From positions 133,055 to 197,054 of the forward strand of contig CAVPRW010000009.1 in assembly GCA_963707985.1 (NCBI GenBank): DNA of 64,000 nt, written 5' to 3'. The notes under the pieces are model-generated. The model made no database searches. It was not told the DNA's origin and saw nothing but the letters and a program-made list of their open reading frames with translations. Of the stretch, positions 40,273 through 50,843 are shown in pieces; position 1 is the stretch's first letter, and each line of letters opens with the position of its first letter. The translations under genes were made by a program, and so were the position numbers. This DNA is from an uncultured Nitrospinota bacterium (lineage in GTDB: Bacteria; Tectomicrobia; Entotheonellia; J063; CAVPRW01).

Positions 40273-41218
40273 GGGATGGACCGGCGGGCGCACGGGCTTC
40301 ACCCACTCGACGAGTTGGTCCGTGATGCCCAACTGGCGGAGCCAACGGGAGCGGGGCAGGCCCTTCTGCGCCGCCGACGGCTGGGGCGTGGTATGGGGAC
40401 GAGACGGGGTGAAATCGACAATCTGCCGCTGATGGACACGAAAGACGGCATGGAGTCCCTGCTGGCGCAGGAGGGCCAGATGGGCAAAGGAGCAGAAGGC
40501 GCGATCTCCCACGAGCACGTCCCCTGGGCGCAGCGCTCGCATGGAGGGTCGCCACCTCAGCCATGTCGTGGGTGTGCCAGGGAGCGGCGAGCACCTCCAG
40601 CAAGAAGCCCGTGCCGGCATGAAACAGGGCGAGCAGATGGGCCACGGGGAACCCAGCACCCCGGACGCTGCCCGCTGGGTTGGCCAAAGTCCTCTTGGAG
40701 TTCGGGGGTATCGGGCATCGAGAAACTCGAGCCGTCGACCAGGAAGGTGCGGTGCCCCCGCCATCGTCCCTCGTCGTGCGTTGTCTGCTCGCAGACGGCG
40801 GATGTCCGCCGCAGCAACTGCTGCCAGACGACGAGCGGTAAGCGGGTGCGCGCCTGACAAAACGCGGAGGCGGTAAAGCGTTGCGCCGCGAGGTGGGGCA
40901 GGTGACTACAGGCGGTGTTGCGCATGGAGGATTTGCAAGAGGAAGAGATGGACGGTGGTGACCGGATCGAGCAGGCGCTGCACGCCATTGGTAGCCCACC
41001 TCACGACAGAGGGCGAGAATCGTGGGGGCGTCAAGTAGAGTCGCGAGTTCGGCTTGGATGTGTTTGAGTGCTTCCGTCACCGTGCCAACCATCGTGAACC
41101 TCCTGTCTGTGAGATGCCGTCGATCCCACTATGGTACAGGAGATGCCCTGTGAAGTCAAGGAGTAAAATTCTCTAACTATTTGTAGTAAAAGGAGTTATT
41201 TCTTAACTTAATGCCATT
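40273..41218 (-). mobile_element. Second IS4-family element, 3'-truncated and frameshifted
   Basis: LVDGSSFSMPDTPEL, GFPVAHL, VGDRAFCS. End sequence AATGGCATTAAGTTAAG on the minus strand. Confidence 0.8.
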
Positions 41219-41244
41219 CGGGTCTGACTCGTATTTTCTTGGCG

Positions 41245-41687
41245 ATAGCGGCAAGAAAAAGTGCCACACGGTCAAACATGTGCTGTTGATCAACGCCATG
41301 TTGACGCTTCTCTTCTTGAGTGAAACCTCTGAGGGGCGTACCCACGAGAAGCGGATGGCGGATGCCACCCCCTCTCCCTGACCTGCGGGGAGTCGACGAC
41401 TCCAGGATCTGGGCTTCCAGGCGTTCACGCTCGACCAGGTGGAGATCATCATGCCGACCCGCAAGCCACGAGGCCGACCCCTCACCCGCAGCCAAAAAGC
41501 TGCGAATCGGCGCATCGCACGTCGCCGCGTCCGCATCCAGCACGTCAATAGCCGCGTCAAGCGCTGCCGGATTGTCCACGACACCTGCCGGCTTCGGAAG
41601 GCAGGCGTCCGCGACCTGATCATGGAAGTCTGCTGGGCCTTGCATCACTTTCGCGTGTGTTTGGCGCCATGGCAACCGATGGTTTAA
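41245..41687 (+). mobile_element. IS5-family (DDE_Tnp_4 type) transposase remnant
   Basis: GKKKCHTVK, QDLGFQ, PTRKPRG, RVRIQHVNSRVKR. Contains an internal stop. Confidence 0.75.
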
Positions 41688-41717
41688 TCGGGATGCAACT
41701 CTAATCACTACACCGCC

Positions 41718-41909
41718 GTGATGAAGCACAAAGGGGACTGGTGGATCGGCTGGATTGCAGAGGTGCCGGGGGTGAACGGTCAGGAACGGTCCAAGGCAGC
41801 ACTCACCGCAACCCTGCGGATCACGCTCCGCGAAGCCCTCGCATGGCATCGGCAAGCGGCGCGTGCGGCGGCTGGAGAGGGCTATGAAGAAGCAGTCATC
41901 GCCCTCTGA
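41718..41909 (+). CDS. HicB-family antitoxin (5' end possibly clipped by the IS)
   Basis: YTAV...DWWIGWIAEVPGVNGQERS...LREAL. Confidence 0.75.
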   Translation: MMKHKGDWWIGWIAEVPGVNGQERSKAALTATLRITLREALAWHRQAARAAAGEGYEEAVIAL

Positions 41910-41975
41910 GGCGACAGGAGTTGCTGCGCCATCTCCGTGCCTACGGCTGCGTACTGGTAGCGGCGCAAAACACAT
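41906..41975 (+). pseudogene. HicA-family toxin remnant
   Basis: LRRQELLRHLRAYGCVLV, then GAKH in a shifted frame. Truncated. Confidence 0.6.
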
Positions 41976-42129
41976 CATCACGCCTGCGCCAGAACATCAC
42001 ACGTTCTCAGCTCACATTCATACGCCTCAAACGAGGCCATTCACAAGAGGCGCACGGGCAAAAAACGCTACAACCACGCACATTCCCGTCCCGTTCTCTA
42101 CAACGGCGGGCAACACATGTATCTGACCA

Positions 42130-42210
42130 AACCTCCATGGTATGCAGTTGTTGGCTTGCACGTTGACCGATATGAGAAGCTTCTGCGTTACCCCAAACTC
42201 GCAACCAGTT
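42130..42210 (+). mobile_element. IS5-like C-terminal remnant, homologous to 15040-15140
   Basis: HGMQLLACTLTDMRSFC followed by AAACTCGCAACCAGTT. Confidence 0.45.
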
Positions 42211-42237
42211 CAGGGGAAAAGCGAGGGGGTTTTCCCA

Positions 42238-42699
42238 TCACTCAACTAGCCGCGGGTCAAACAAGAACGGTTCCGGTTGCCCAATTGTGACCTGTGCCAT
42301 GTCCGGGTGTTCTGGATTGAGGAGTAGGTTATACTCGCCGCGGACCACTACACTGGGCACGCGTAGCGCCACGCTCTGGCCGGTATCGAACCAGGCATCC
42401 CCAATGTCGGTACTGGCCCAGGTCTCAGGGTAGGCATCCCACCCCTGCGGGAGCGCCGCCAGCTCCACCATCAGGACCAGCGCGTCGGGGATGGTCACCT
42501 CAAAGATCACGTACGCGTCGCGCAGTAGTTGCGCACGCTTCACATGGACCAAAATCTCCAATGCGGCAGTAGCCCGTTGCTCGCTCACATACACCACCGG
42601 ACGACCCGGACTGTGCCAGCGCCCACCGGCCTGTTTGCTGCCGATCCCATCAAAAGCCGTGCGCACGTACCGGGCTTTACTGATGCGATAGGCCTTCAG
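42238..42699 (-). CDS. RES-domain toxin (NAD+ phosphorylase family)
   Basis: AYRI, GGRW, YVSE, ALEILVH, VPSVV, NLLLNPEH. The likely start is a CTG overlapping the antitoxin stop. Confidence 0.88.
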   Translation of the reverse strand: MKAYRISKARYVRTAFDGIGSKQAGGRWHSPGRPVVYVSEQRATAALEILVHVKRAQLLRDAYVIFEVTIPDALVLMVELAALPQGWDAYPETWASTDIGDAWFDTGQSVALRVPSVVVRGEYNLLLNPEHPDMAQVTIGQPEPFLFDPRLVE

Positions 42700-43151
42700 C
42701 TGTACACCCCGTCATCAATGCGGATGAGGAGCTGCTCCACCCGCTTGGCCCCGGCCTCGTTCATGGCGTATGCGAGGGGGGTCTTATCACCCAGCGCAAT
42801 CGCGGGGCTGTGCATCCACTCATCCGCAGCCTCCACGCTCCCGAGCACATCAGCGGCCTGCGCGTAGAGCGCCACCAGCCGAAACAGCCGGTCGCTTTCC
42901 ACCGGGGTCAGACGCCCTTGACTGCGTCGCCGTGCCAGCGTGCGGGCACTGATCCCCAAGAGCTCGGGCACTACAGGGATCACGCCAGGCACGCAGGCTT
43001 CGAGCTTCCGCAGCACCCCGGCGCTCAAGCCCTGCTCAATAGCGACAAAGGCCTCATCGCTGCTCCAGGGCGTCCCGAAGACGTGCTTCCAGAGTTGTGT
43101 GCCAGGGTTCTTTGCCTCTGTGGTGTTGGGTGGGGTCCACGTTGTCACCAT
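42696..43151 (-). CDS. Xre/MbcA/ParS-family antitoxin
   Basis: LGISARTLARR, ESDRLFR, WMHSPAIALG, LLIRIDDGVYS. Confidence 0.9.
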   Translation of the reverse strand: MVTTWTPPNTTEAKNPGTQLWKHVFGTPWSSDEAFVAIEQGLSAGVLRKLEACVPGVIPVVPELLGISARTLARRRSQGRLTPVESDRLFRLVALYAQAADVLGSVEAADEWMHSPAIALGDKTPLAYAMNEAGAKRVEQLLIRIDDGVYS

Positions 43152-43278
43152 AGCCTGCTCCTCCTTCTGCCATTCTGGCAAAACATTCTACCATGATGGC
43201 AGGAAGGGCGTAAAGGGCGTGATGGGGACACAGCAGAACAAAGGGGTCATTGCACCACGAGCACCAGTAGGAGGAAAA

Positions 43279-44141
43279 TAATCGGGGACAGACCGCGTTT
43301 AAATCGTTTTATAAGGAAGGTCGCTGACAGTTTCATCTGCCGAGCGTCATCATGGCGTGCCTTGCGGTGTGTCATTCGCCTCTTTCCTGTTCGGCCGTCC
43401 GGCTTGTCCACGCTTGCCGCGTCGCTTTAGCATCGCGGCAACCTCCTGCTTAAAGCGGTCGCTACCTGGACAGTAACCGACATGCATGGCTTGTCGCATG
43501 GCGTCAAGGAAGCCACCCTCCAGGTTATCGCGAAACAACTCACGGTAAGTGACCTGTTGTGCAGCCTTGCCTCGACGAAGTGCCTGATAGCAGACATGCG
43601 GGCTCAGGAGCCCATCTCCTGCGCCCTGCGCGTTCCCCCGGTAGCTTGACCACGGATAATCGACAGGGTGAGCAACCATCTGTGCCCGTACCGGGTTGAG
43701 TTCGATGTCGCGTTGACAGGCAAGCAGATACGACTCGGCATCAACCAAGCAGGAGCGGAAGCGTCCCTCCCAAAACGTGCCCGTCCGTTGGTAGGTGCTA
43801 TTGACGTACTGCACATAGCGTTGCCCGACGTGTTGCATCAAGTGCGATGGACCATCGGCGCTGTCGGGTGTTAACGACAGATGCACGTGATTGGTCACCA
43901 GTACATAGGTATGCAACCGTACCCCTGCCTCTTGACAGAGGTCTTGCAGAAGACTGAGATAGCACGCATAATCAGCATCGGCAAAGAAACAGGCGGCGCG
44001 ACTATGCCCTCGTTGGATGATGTGAAAGGGAACGCCGGCAAGTTTCAAACGGGGGTGGCGGGGCACGGCGTTGTCCTGTTGTGCTTGGGTGGATGTGTTG
44101 GGTCCTATGATACCCCATTAGACGTGGTCTGTCCCCAATTA
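43279..44141. repeat. 20-bp inverted repeats bracketing the RAYT gene
   Basis: TAATCGGGGACAGACCGCGT (43279-43298) and ACGTGGTCTGTCCCCAATTA (44122-44141), 18/20 match. Confidence 0.8.
43350..44066 (-). CDS. REP-associated tyrosine transposase (RAYT, HUH Y1 family)
   Basis: MPRHPR, HIIQRG, VTNHVHL, WEGRF, IELNPVRA, YPWSSY. The expected catalytic Tyr position (RYIELNP) reads RDIELNP. Confidence 0.88.
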   Translation of the reverse strand: MPRHPRLKLAGVPFHIIQRGHSRAACFFADADYACYLSLLQDLCQEAGVRLHTYVLVTNHVHLSLTPDSADGPSHLMQHVGQRYVQYVNSTYQRTGTFWEGRFRSCLVDAESYLLACQRDIELNPVRAQMVAHPVDYPWSSYRGNAQGAGDGLLSPHVCYQALRRGKAAQQVTYRELFRDNLEGGFLDAMRQAMHVGYCPGSDRFKQEVAAMLKRRGKRGQAGRPNRKEANDTPQGTP

Positions 44142-44178
44142 ACTCTCTAAAGTGCCCGCACTGAGAAGGTCTGTAGCC

Positions 44179-44502
44179 ATGCAAGATAGGCCTTATGTTG
44201 AATACCACGACAATGTGTACCGGGTGGCAGGGACGCGTGTGGCTCTCGGCTCCATCGTCCGGCGCTTCTGGGAGGGCGATGCGCCCGAATCGATCGTGCA
44301 ATCCTTTCCGGTCCTGACGCTCGAGCAAGTCTATGGCGCGATTGCCTATTATCTCCGTCATCAGGAGTACATCGACACGTATCTGAAGCAGGCCGAGGCG
44401 GAAGAGGCGGCGATTGTCGAGCAGCTGCGCCACCAGAACCGCGCGCTGCATGAGCGACTGGTTCGCCTCAAAAGCGAGCGCGTACAGGCCCATGAACGCT
44501 AA
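44179..44502 (+). CDS. DUF433-family antitoxin-like protein
   Basis: VAGTRV, PESIVQSFPVLTLEQVYGAIAYYL. Confidence 0.88.
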   Translation: MQDRPYVEYHDNVYRVAGTRVALGSIVRRFWEGDAPESIVQSFPVLTLEQVYGAIAYYLRHQEYIDTYLKQAEAEEAAIVEQLRHQNRALHERLVRLKSERVQAHER

Positions 44503-45106
44503 ATTCCTGGCTGATGCCAACTTCGACCTGGTCATTCTCGCAGCAGCCAAACGCCGTGAACCAGCCTTAGATTTTCAGACAGCGCAGGCCGCCGGCTTGG
44601 CGGGAGTGGAAGACCCCGAAGTGCTTGCCATTGCAGCGCGGGAGGGACGCGTCTTATTGACGCACGATGTACGGACGATGCCCCGGCATTTTGCGGCGTT
44701 TATCGGTGCGCATACGAGCGCCGGGGTGCTCCTGGTGCCGCAGAGCCTCCCGAGACGGCAAGTCGTCGAAGATTTGCTTCTCATCTGGGTTGCGATGGAA
44801 GCAGAAGAGTGGATCAACCGCATCATGAGCTTCCCGTTACAGGAAAAAGGTGAGCCGTTGACCTTGCGCACGACCATTCACGTCGACGATCAGCTGCTCA
44901 TACAGGCGAAGGCACAGGCGTCCACGTTGGGGGTGACCTTGGGCCAACTCATCGAGGACGCCCTGCGAGCCTCCCTCATGCGCCGCGCCAACGTGGAGCC
45001 TCGCGGACGCGTACGACTGATCACCATGCAAGGCACGGGAACGCGGCCCAGCATCGACCTCGACAACAGTCACTCGCTCCTGGAGATCATGGGAAGGACG
45101 TCATAA
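44492..45106 (+). CDS. DUF5615 PIN-like toxin read through in frame into a ribbon-helix-helix antitoxin
   Basis: FLADANF, DPEVL, RVLLTHD, then LRTTIHVDDQLLIQAK...IEDALR from 44864. Confidence 0.8.
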   Translation: MNAKFLADANFDLVILAAAKRREPALDFQTAQAAGLAGVEDPEVLAIAAREGRVLLTHDVRTMPRHFAAFIGAHTSAGVLLVPQSLPRRQVVEDLLLIWVAMEAEEWINRIMSFPLQEKGEPLTLRTTIHVDDQLLIQAKAQASTLGVTLGQLIEDALRASLMRRANVEPRGRVRLITMQGTGTRPSIDLDNSHSLLEIMGRTS

Positions 45107-45161
45107 GGGGATCATCGTCGAATCAACCGCCTATTTGTTGATCTGTATGCGCTATAGCGAG

Positions 45162-45240
45162 TAGAATCCGGTGCGAGCGGGTCTCGTCGCACGGCCCGAA
45201 GACTATTGCTGGTCGAGTTATGCTGCCAACATCTTGGCTG
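45162..45240 (+). pseudogene. Second RAYT fragment
   Basis: NPVRAGLVARPEDYCWSSY. Confidence 0.55.
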
Positions 45241-45420
45241 AGGACAACTGCATCATAAGCCCGGATCACTACAGTAATCGGACCGACAAGCGCCGTGGCC
45301 CCTTGTGGGCAACAACTGGGGCGGTCATTGCGTTGTCTTGGACGCACACCTTTCCACCTCACATGCCCCAGGTGCTGCACTTGGGTGACCCTCACGGGAG
45401 AAGTCGCGAGACACGGCAAG

Positions 45421-46436
45421 ATGGTTCTGGGCGGGGAAGTCCATAGACCTCGAGCACTACCCGGTGTGCGAGGCCTCGGCAGTGATCGCGGTGCCGTGCG
45501 TCGACGATCCGCAGGCAAGCTGTATCTGGGTCGGCGACAACGAGCAAGAGGACAACGTCTTCGAATACGCGGCCGATGCGAACGGGAAGCTCACGCCGAC
45601 GACGCACTTCGACATCACGCTCGGCAACGCCGAGGTTGGAGACATCGAAGCGCTCGTCCCAGACGAGAAAGGTCTGCTCGTCATCGGCTCGCACAGCCGC
45701 AAGAGCGATTGTACGCAGGACACGAAGCATGACCGCGTCGCCGTCGCGCGCATCCTCCGCGATCCGCTGCGTGCCGAGCTCGTCGCGTCGGGCCAGGGCT
45801 GGGAGGATCACCTCACAGGCTGCGACTCGACGTGGGTCAAACTCGAGGACACGCAGCCGGGGTCGGCTCGCGGGTCTTCTGCGCGGCGACTTCTGCGCGG
45901 CGATTGCCGCAGCCGAAAAGGCCGCAGACGCGGTCGCCGGCGATAAATCTCAATGCGCAGGCGACGTCATGAACGTGGAAGGTGCGGTGGCTGTTCCCGA
46001 CGCGAGTGGCAAGCCGCGCATCTGGCTCGGCCTGCGCGCGCCGCTGGTCGGCAAGCGGGCCGTGCTCCTGCGCGTCGCCCCCCTGGGCACGACCACGCAG
46101 CGTCTGACGTTCGACGACATCGCGACCATCGACCTCGGCGGCAAGGGCATCCGGGAGCTCACGAGCAGTGCAGGCTGGATCTGGGGGATTGCTGGCTGCG
46201 TCCCCGACTGCAGCGAACCGAGCCATGTGTGGCGTGTGAAAGCGGACGCGCTCAGGAGTGGAGCGACGATCACGGGTGTCGAGTTTGTGCAGGGTGGTGA
46301 GCTGCCCCCGAGCGCCGAGGGGCTGGTGATCCAGTCCGCCGCGAAGCGCGCGATCGTGCTCGTCGACGGCGACAAGGGCGACCTGAAGGGTCACTGTGAG
46401 AAGGCATCCCAGCAGCTCACGGTGACGCTGCCCTGA
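45421..46436 (+). pseudogene. DUF3616-like beta-propeller protein, frameshifted near 45860 and lacking its N-terminus
   Basis: EASA, GDNE, DIEA, IGSHSR in one frame; NVEG, LGLRAP, LGGKGIREL, AEGL in the next. Confidence 0.65.
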
Positions 46437-46645
46437 AGGGGTATGTTCAAGACGCTGAGGGTGGAGGAAGAAAGTATTCGAAAGGAGAAAAGCAATGAAC
46501 GGAACCCTGGCTAGTGGGCGGTAGCACTACCGTCCCGTGTGTTGCTCATTCACCGACGATTTCATCATTAACTTGACAATCCCATTGAGGGAAATCCGGT
46601 TCACATCTACTCCCAAGCCCACGAACTCAGGATGGAGGTGTCGCC

Positions 46646-48197
46646 ATGCGTAGGCTTACTCAGCTTTTGCACCTCACCCCTCTACTGCTGTTGACCGTCC
46701 AACTTTGCCATGCCGCCTGTGTTCCCGAAGACGCACCCCCACAACCGAACCAGGATGCCTTGGCACGCCTGCTAGAAGCGCAGGACCGATGTCCCAGAAC
46801 GGCTCTCGAGTTCCGAAATCTGATCGAGGGCAGCGGGGCGCGCCTGGAAACGACCATGGTCAACTTTCTCGGCTTCCACAACCCGAACCCTGGCGCGTTC
46901 TTTCTCTTCGAAATCGTTTCGGGGCAGCTTTCGGGGTTGAACCTTCCCGTTGAACGTGGCGACCTGTTATTCGGCCACTTCCTCACCAAGAGGGGGTCAC
47001 GTCTGGTTATCAACACCACCAATCAGCTGCTGGTAGAGGTCATTGCGTGGGATCCCACCAAGCAATTGTTTAACTTCTATGAACTGTTAATAGTCGGAGG
47101 ACCACAGCGGATCGTCATGGTTCTATCGCGGGGATTCGAGACTCATCCTCGAAGACATCGAGTTCCTTTACCGGCAGCGAAGCACTGGCCAGAGTCCCTT
47201 TCGCGAACAGCTGCGATGCTCCGGATGCCACGTAAACGGCGGACTGCTCCAGAAGGAACTCGCCTCGCCACACAATGACTGGTGGATGAAGTCGCGCACA
47301 CTGCCCCCGGGCAACTTAACGCCGGACGCCACGGTGACGAAGATTTTGCAGGGCTTAGTGGACGCCGACGAGTTGACGAAGCTAGTCCAGGCGACATCCC
47401 ACCGCTTGGCTGCGAGTCCAGAGTATCGCAAAGCGCTGCAGTCGCGCACCATGCAGGAACAACTGCGACCGCTGTTCTGTCCAGTGGAAGTGAACATCGA
47501 ATCGGATCGCGACCCCTTCGACGATCGAAAGCCAACCGTGCAGATCCCGGCAGGATTCTTCGTGGACCCTCGCCTGGGTACCTCGACCATCGCCGTCCCA
47601 CGCCAGAACTACGAACAGGCCTTACAAAAGCTCCATTCGCAAATGCCAGGGGTGCCCGGTCGAGCCGACGCCGACCATGCCTGGCTCGCACCGGTCAAGG
47701 CGAGCTCGGACGCGGTGATGACGGAGGTGTTGGTGGAGATGGGTGTAGTCGACAATGAGTTCGTGGCCGACGTGTTGGCCGTGGACTTCACGAACCCGCT
47801 CTTTTCGGCCTCCCGTTGCGGATTGCTCACGCTCGTCCCGGTTGAAGGTGGATCCGACTTTCTCCCTCGATTCCAGGCGGCGCTCAAGACCAGTGCAGAC
47901 CCCGCTGCCAAGCTGTTGCTGGACAACCTCACTGACCCGAAGCGCGATGCACAATTCCATCGCCAGCAGGTCCGTGGATACCTGGATGCATGCCAGAAGA
48001 AAGCGTCAAAACCGGAAGCGACGATCGAGTGGTTCGGATTATTGGCGCAACGACGGGCCGAGGTCGATCAGCTAGAGCTTTCCAAGCATCAGCAAGGCCA
48101 CATCCTGGAAGAGGGTCGCATCATCTTCCCGGTGGCTGCTGCTGCAACCACTGGACGACTTGATTTAACACCCGCTTGCGAGGTTCGTCGGCGGTAG
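46646..48197 (+). pseudogene. Secreted protein with one CxxCH heme c motif, frameshifted near 47100
   Basis: Signal peptide and GGAGG RBS; FNFYEL in the first frame, then WFYRGDS...LRCSGCHVNGG (47217-47231) in the frame of ORF 47286-48197. Confidence 0.65.
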
Positions 48198-48771
48198 TCA
48201 GTTTGAACTCTTTGGCAAGTCGTCATAGGACCTCCGCTAGCAGCCGGACGAAAATGAGCGGTGCAGACCACACGGGCAAACCACGGGTCAAAAACAGCCC
48301 CGCGAGCAGAGAGACCAAAAGCAGCCATGTTTTCCTCACAGATGCGTGCCCACAATGTGGATAAGGTTTGCGACGAACCGAGAAGCGTGCAAAGTGCTTG
48401 ACGGTAGCTGTTCCGGGTAAGCCACACAGAGGTCGTCATGGTCTGGCGGTCACCGGCCAAGGCCCAGCCGCAGGCTAAGTAGGTGGGATCTGTTCAAGCC
48501 GGGAAGGCTGTTGAAAGAGGGAGAAAAGCCAGCGGGAATCTCAACGGCTGGAGCGCAATGCTAACCGCCTCCCAGAATGCTACCAGGTGTTTACGGAAGT
48601 ACGCAAAGGCGTGATCGCAGACAGGGGACGCCTGGCATTTCGGCCCCACATTCAGGACGCTTGGCGCTCGCCTGAAGAGCAGATGGAGGCTTTTTTGACC
48701 GACATTGAGCAGCCCAACCCGGGTCGGACACACGGGGATATTTTCGTGTCTCAAAAAAAGGGAGATAGTCA

Positions 48772-49070
48772 ATGTATCTAGCAAACCACATGCTCGGCTC
48801 TCAGCGCAATGGTGTGAACCATGTGTCCATGAACCTGGGAGACTTCGACAGAGTTGCAGGACCGGTCCGGGCCATGAAATATCCCATCTACCTGGATGCA
48901 CTGCTTGGTTGGTACAAGACCAAGAGCGTGAAGTCTATCCGATTGATGTTCACCTGGGAAGCGGTCCAAGCCAAGCTAAAGGGAACCGTTCCTCCCAGCG
49001 AACCCGAATTTGGAACAGGTTACGACAACTACTGGACGGATCTTACCGACGTGATCACCCGTTTGGTTCG
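48772..49070 (+). pseudogene. Possible GH5 (cellulase) N-terminal fragment
   Basis: GVN...SIRLMFTWEAVQ...YWTDLTDVI resembles the GH5 RLPFxWE motif. Truncated. Confidence 0.35.
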
Positions 49071-49556
49071 GATGTGCGGTGCACGCCTCTGCGCTGAGGA
49101 CGCACCATGTGCACTGGCTGCGCACGCCGGAGCGCGTAGCCAGTGCACCGTTGACCATGAAGCATTTGGGGCAAGCGCTATGTTCACTACAGCAATTGGA
49201 CCGACAAACGCCGTGGCACTTTGTGGGAAGGCCGGTTGCGTTCGTGCTTGACGTCATCGGCAGACTCCGTGTTGGCATGCGACCGTTCCATCGCACTGCA
49301 TCCGGTACGGGCTGGTATGATAAGACATCCCCGAGATGACCGGTGGACGCGTTATCGAGCCGATGGCGTAGGAAAGGCCGACCGACTCCTTACCCCCACG
49401 TGGCATAGTTGCCGTTGGGATCGGATCGACAGCGCCGGCGAGAAGCCTCCCGCGCCTTGTGCAACACGCATCTCGCCGAGGCTGTTGGGCAACCGATCCG
49501 AGAAGCGACGAACGCTGTGTAGAGCGACTTGGCCTATCGCTTCGGGATAGAAGGGT

Positions 49557-49870
49557 ATGGTAAGCAAGTGCAGCATCTCTTGCTGCGACGGCACGTGGAA
49601 CGATTCCGACACCAGGACCAATGTCCACGGGCTGGCGCAACACGTGGAGCACAATCGCATCACGCAGATCGTCGAGTATGACAGGGGCGTAGGCATCGCA
49701 TGGTACAACGGGATGACCGGTGGGGCCTATAGCATCGGGCTGTCACGCCATGTGCGGCCGGCTGACCAGTTGTGATTCGAGTGCTATGTGCCTGATCATG
49801 AGATCGCTCTCTTCGGTTGCAGCCCTGGAGCGTACACCATACGCTCGCTGGGCGGCTTCATGCCGCTTTT
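49557..49870 (+). pseudogene. DUF2235 (Tle1-like alpha/beta hydrolase) remnant
   Basis: CCDGTWN, TNV, YDRGVG, then EIALFGCSPGAYTIRSLGG (compare FGFSRGAY) across a stop and frameshift. Confidence 0.7.
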
Positions 49871-49907
49871 TGTCTGGCTCGCCGAAAATGCGACAAGGAG
49901 CAAAGAC

Positions 49908-50843
49908 ATGTCCGTGCTGATCCATGGGGCTGTTCGGTGCTTGTCGCTCTGGAGCTGCCTGGCACTCCTTGGCGCGTGCACGCACCTCCCCGACGTTAGG
50001 CCATTCGTCCAGTCCACTGCCGAAGTCCGCTCTGCGGTGATTACCGCAGGCAGCGTCGCCGTAGACGAGCTAAAGTCCATGCCCGATGGCGCGACCTATG
50101 CCGAGCAGTTGTCGGCACAATGGCAGTCGCGTGTGCGGGCCATGGACGGTCTCGTCGATTACGCGGACGCCCTGCAGGCCATTGTCGCCGCAGGCAGCCA
50201 GGGAGCCAGTTCGGTTGGGGCGCTGGCGGATAGCGTTGGCCAGCTTGCTGCCGCTGCGGGGATTGTCTTCCCGGCTGCAGGGACTGTAGCGGTTGCTACC
50301 GATGCGGCCAAATTCGTTTACGCCCAGATCGCTCTTATGCGCGCCGCCAGGGCGCTGGAGAAGGCGCTGGAGCAGAGTCAGCCAGCCGTAGAGCATATTG
50401 CACGCACGATCGCAAAGGATCTCGCCGACCTGAGCGCCATCTTTCAAGCGGCGAATGCCGGGATCCTGCTCGCCTTGCAGAAGGAACACAACCGTGGCCT
50501 GGGGTTTCGCCAGGGTCTGGTCGATGAACGTAATATCCTCTATGCCAAAGGCGTAGGCGCTTTCACGGCCCAAGAACGCATACGCCTCAAGGAGATTCAT
50601 GAGTTCATCATTTCGACCAATGAGTGGTATGGGCCGTACACCAAGCACCGTGACGACATCGAGCGACGGCTGAGCGCGGGTCAGACGCTGTTCCAGGCAG
50701 CTGCGGAGACTGTGGTCCGTTGGGGACTGGCATACAACCATGTGGTCCTGGCGGTGCAAGAGCGGCGACCAGTCAGCACGCAATCCCTGGCCCAGGCCGC
50801 CGTCGACCTGAGGGATCTAATTCAGAGGATACGGACATTATGA
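49908..50843 (+). CDS. Alpha-helical putative lipoprotein
   Basis: AAGGAG RBS; LGAC lipobox; long amphipathic helices. Confidence 0.75.
   Translation: MSVLIHGAVRCLSLWSCLALLGACTHLPDVRPFVQSTAEVRSAVITAGSVAVDELKSMPDGATYAEQLSAQWQSRVRAMDGLVDYADALQAIVAAGSQGASSVGALADSVGQLAAAAGIVFPAAGTVAVATDAAKFVYAQIALMRAARALEKALEQSQPAVEHIARTIAKDLADLSAIFQAANAGILLALQKEHNRGLGFRQGLVDERNILYAKGVGAFTAQERIRLKEIHEFIISTNEWYGPYTKHRDDIERRLSAGQTLFQAAAETVVRWGLAYNHVVLAVQERRPVSTQSLAQAAVDLRDLIQRIRTL

Noticed and set aside
39490..40857. 455-aa plus-strand ORF
   Set aside because: It is antisense to two IS4 transposase relics and has no recognisable motif.
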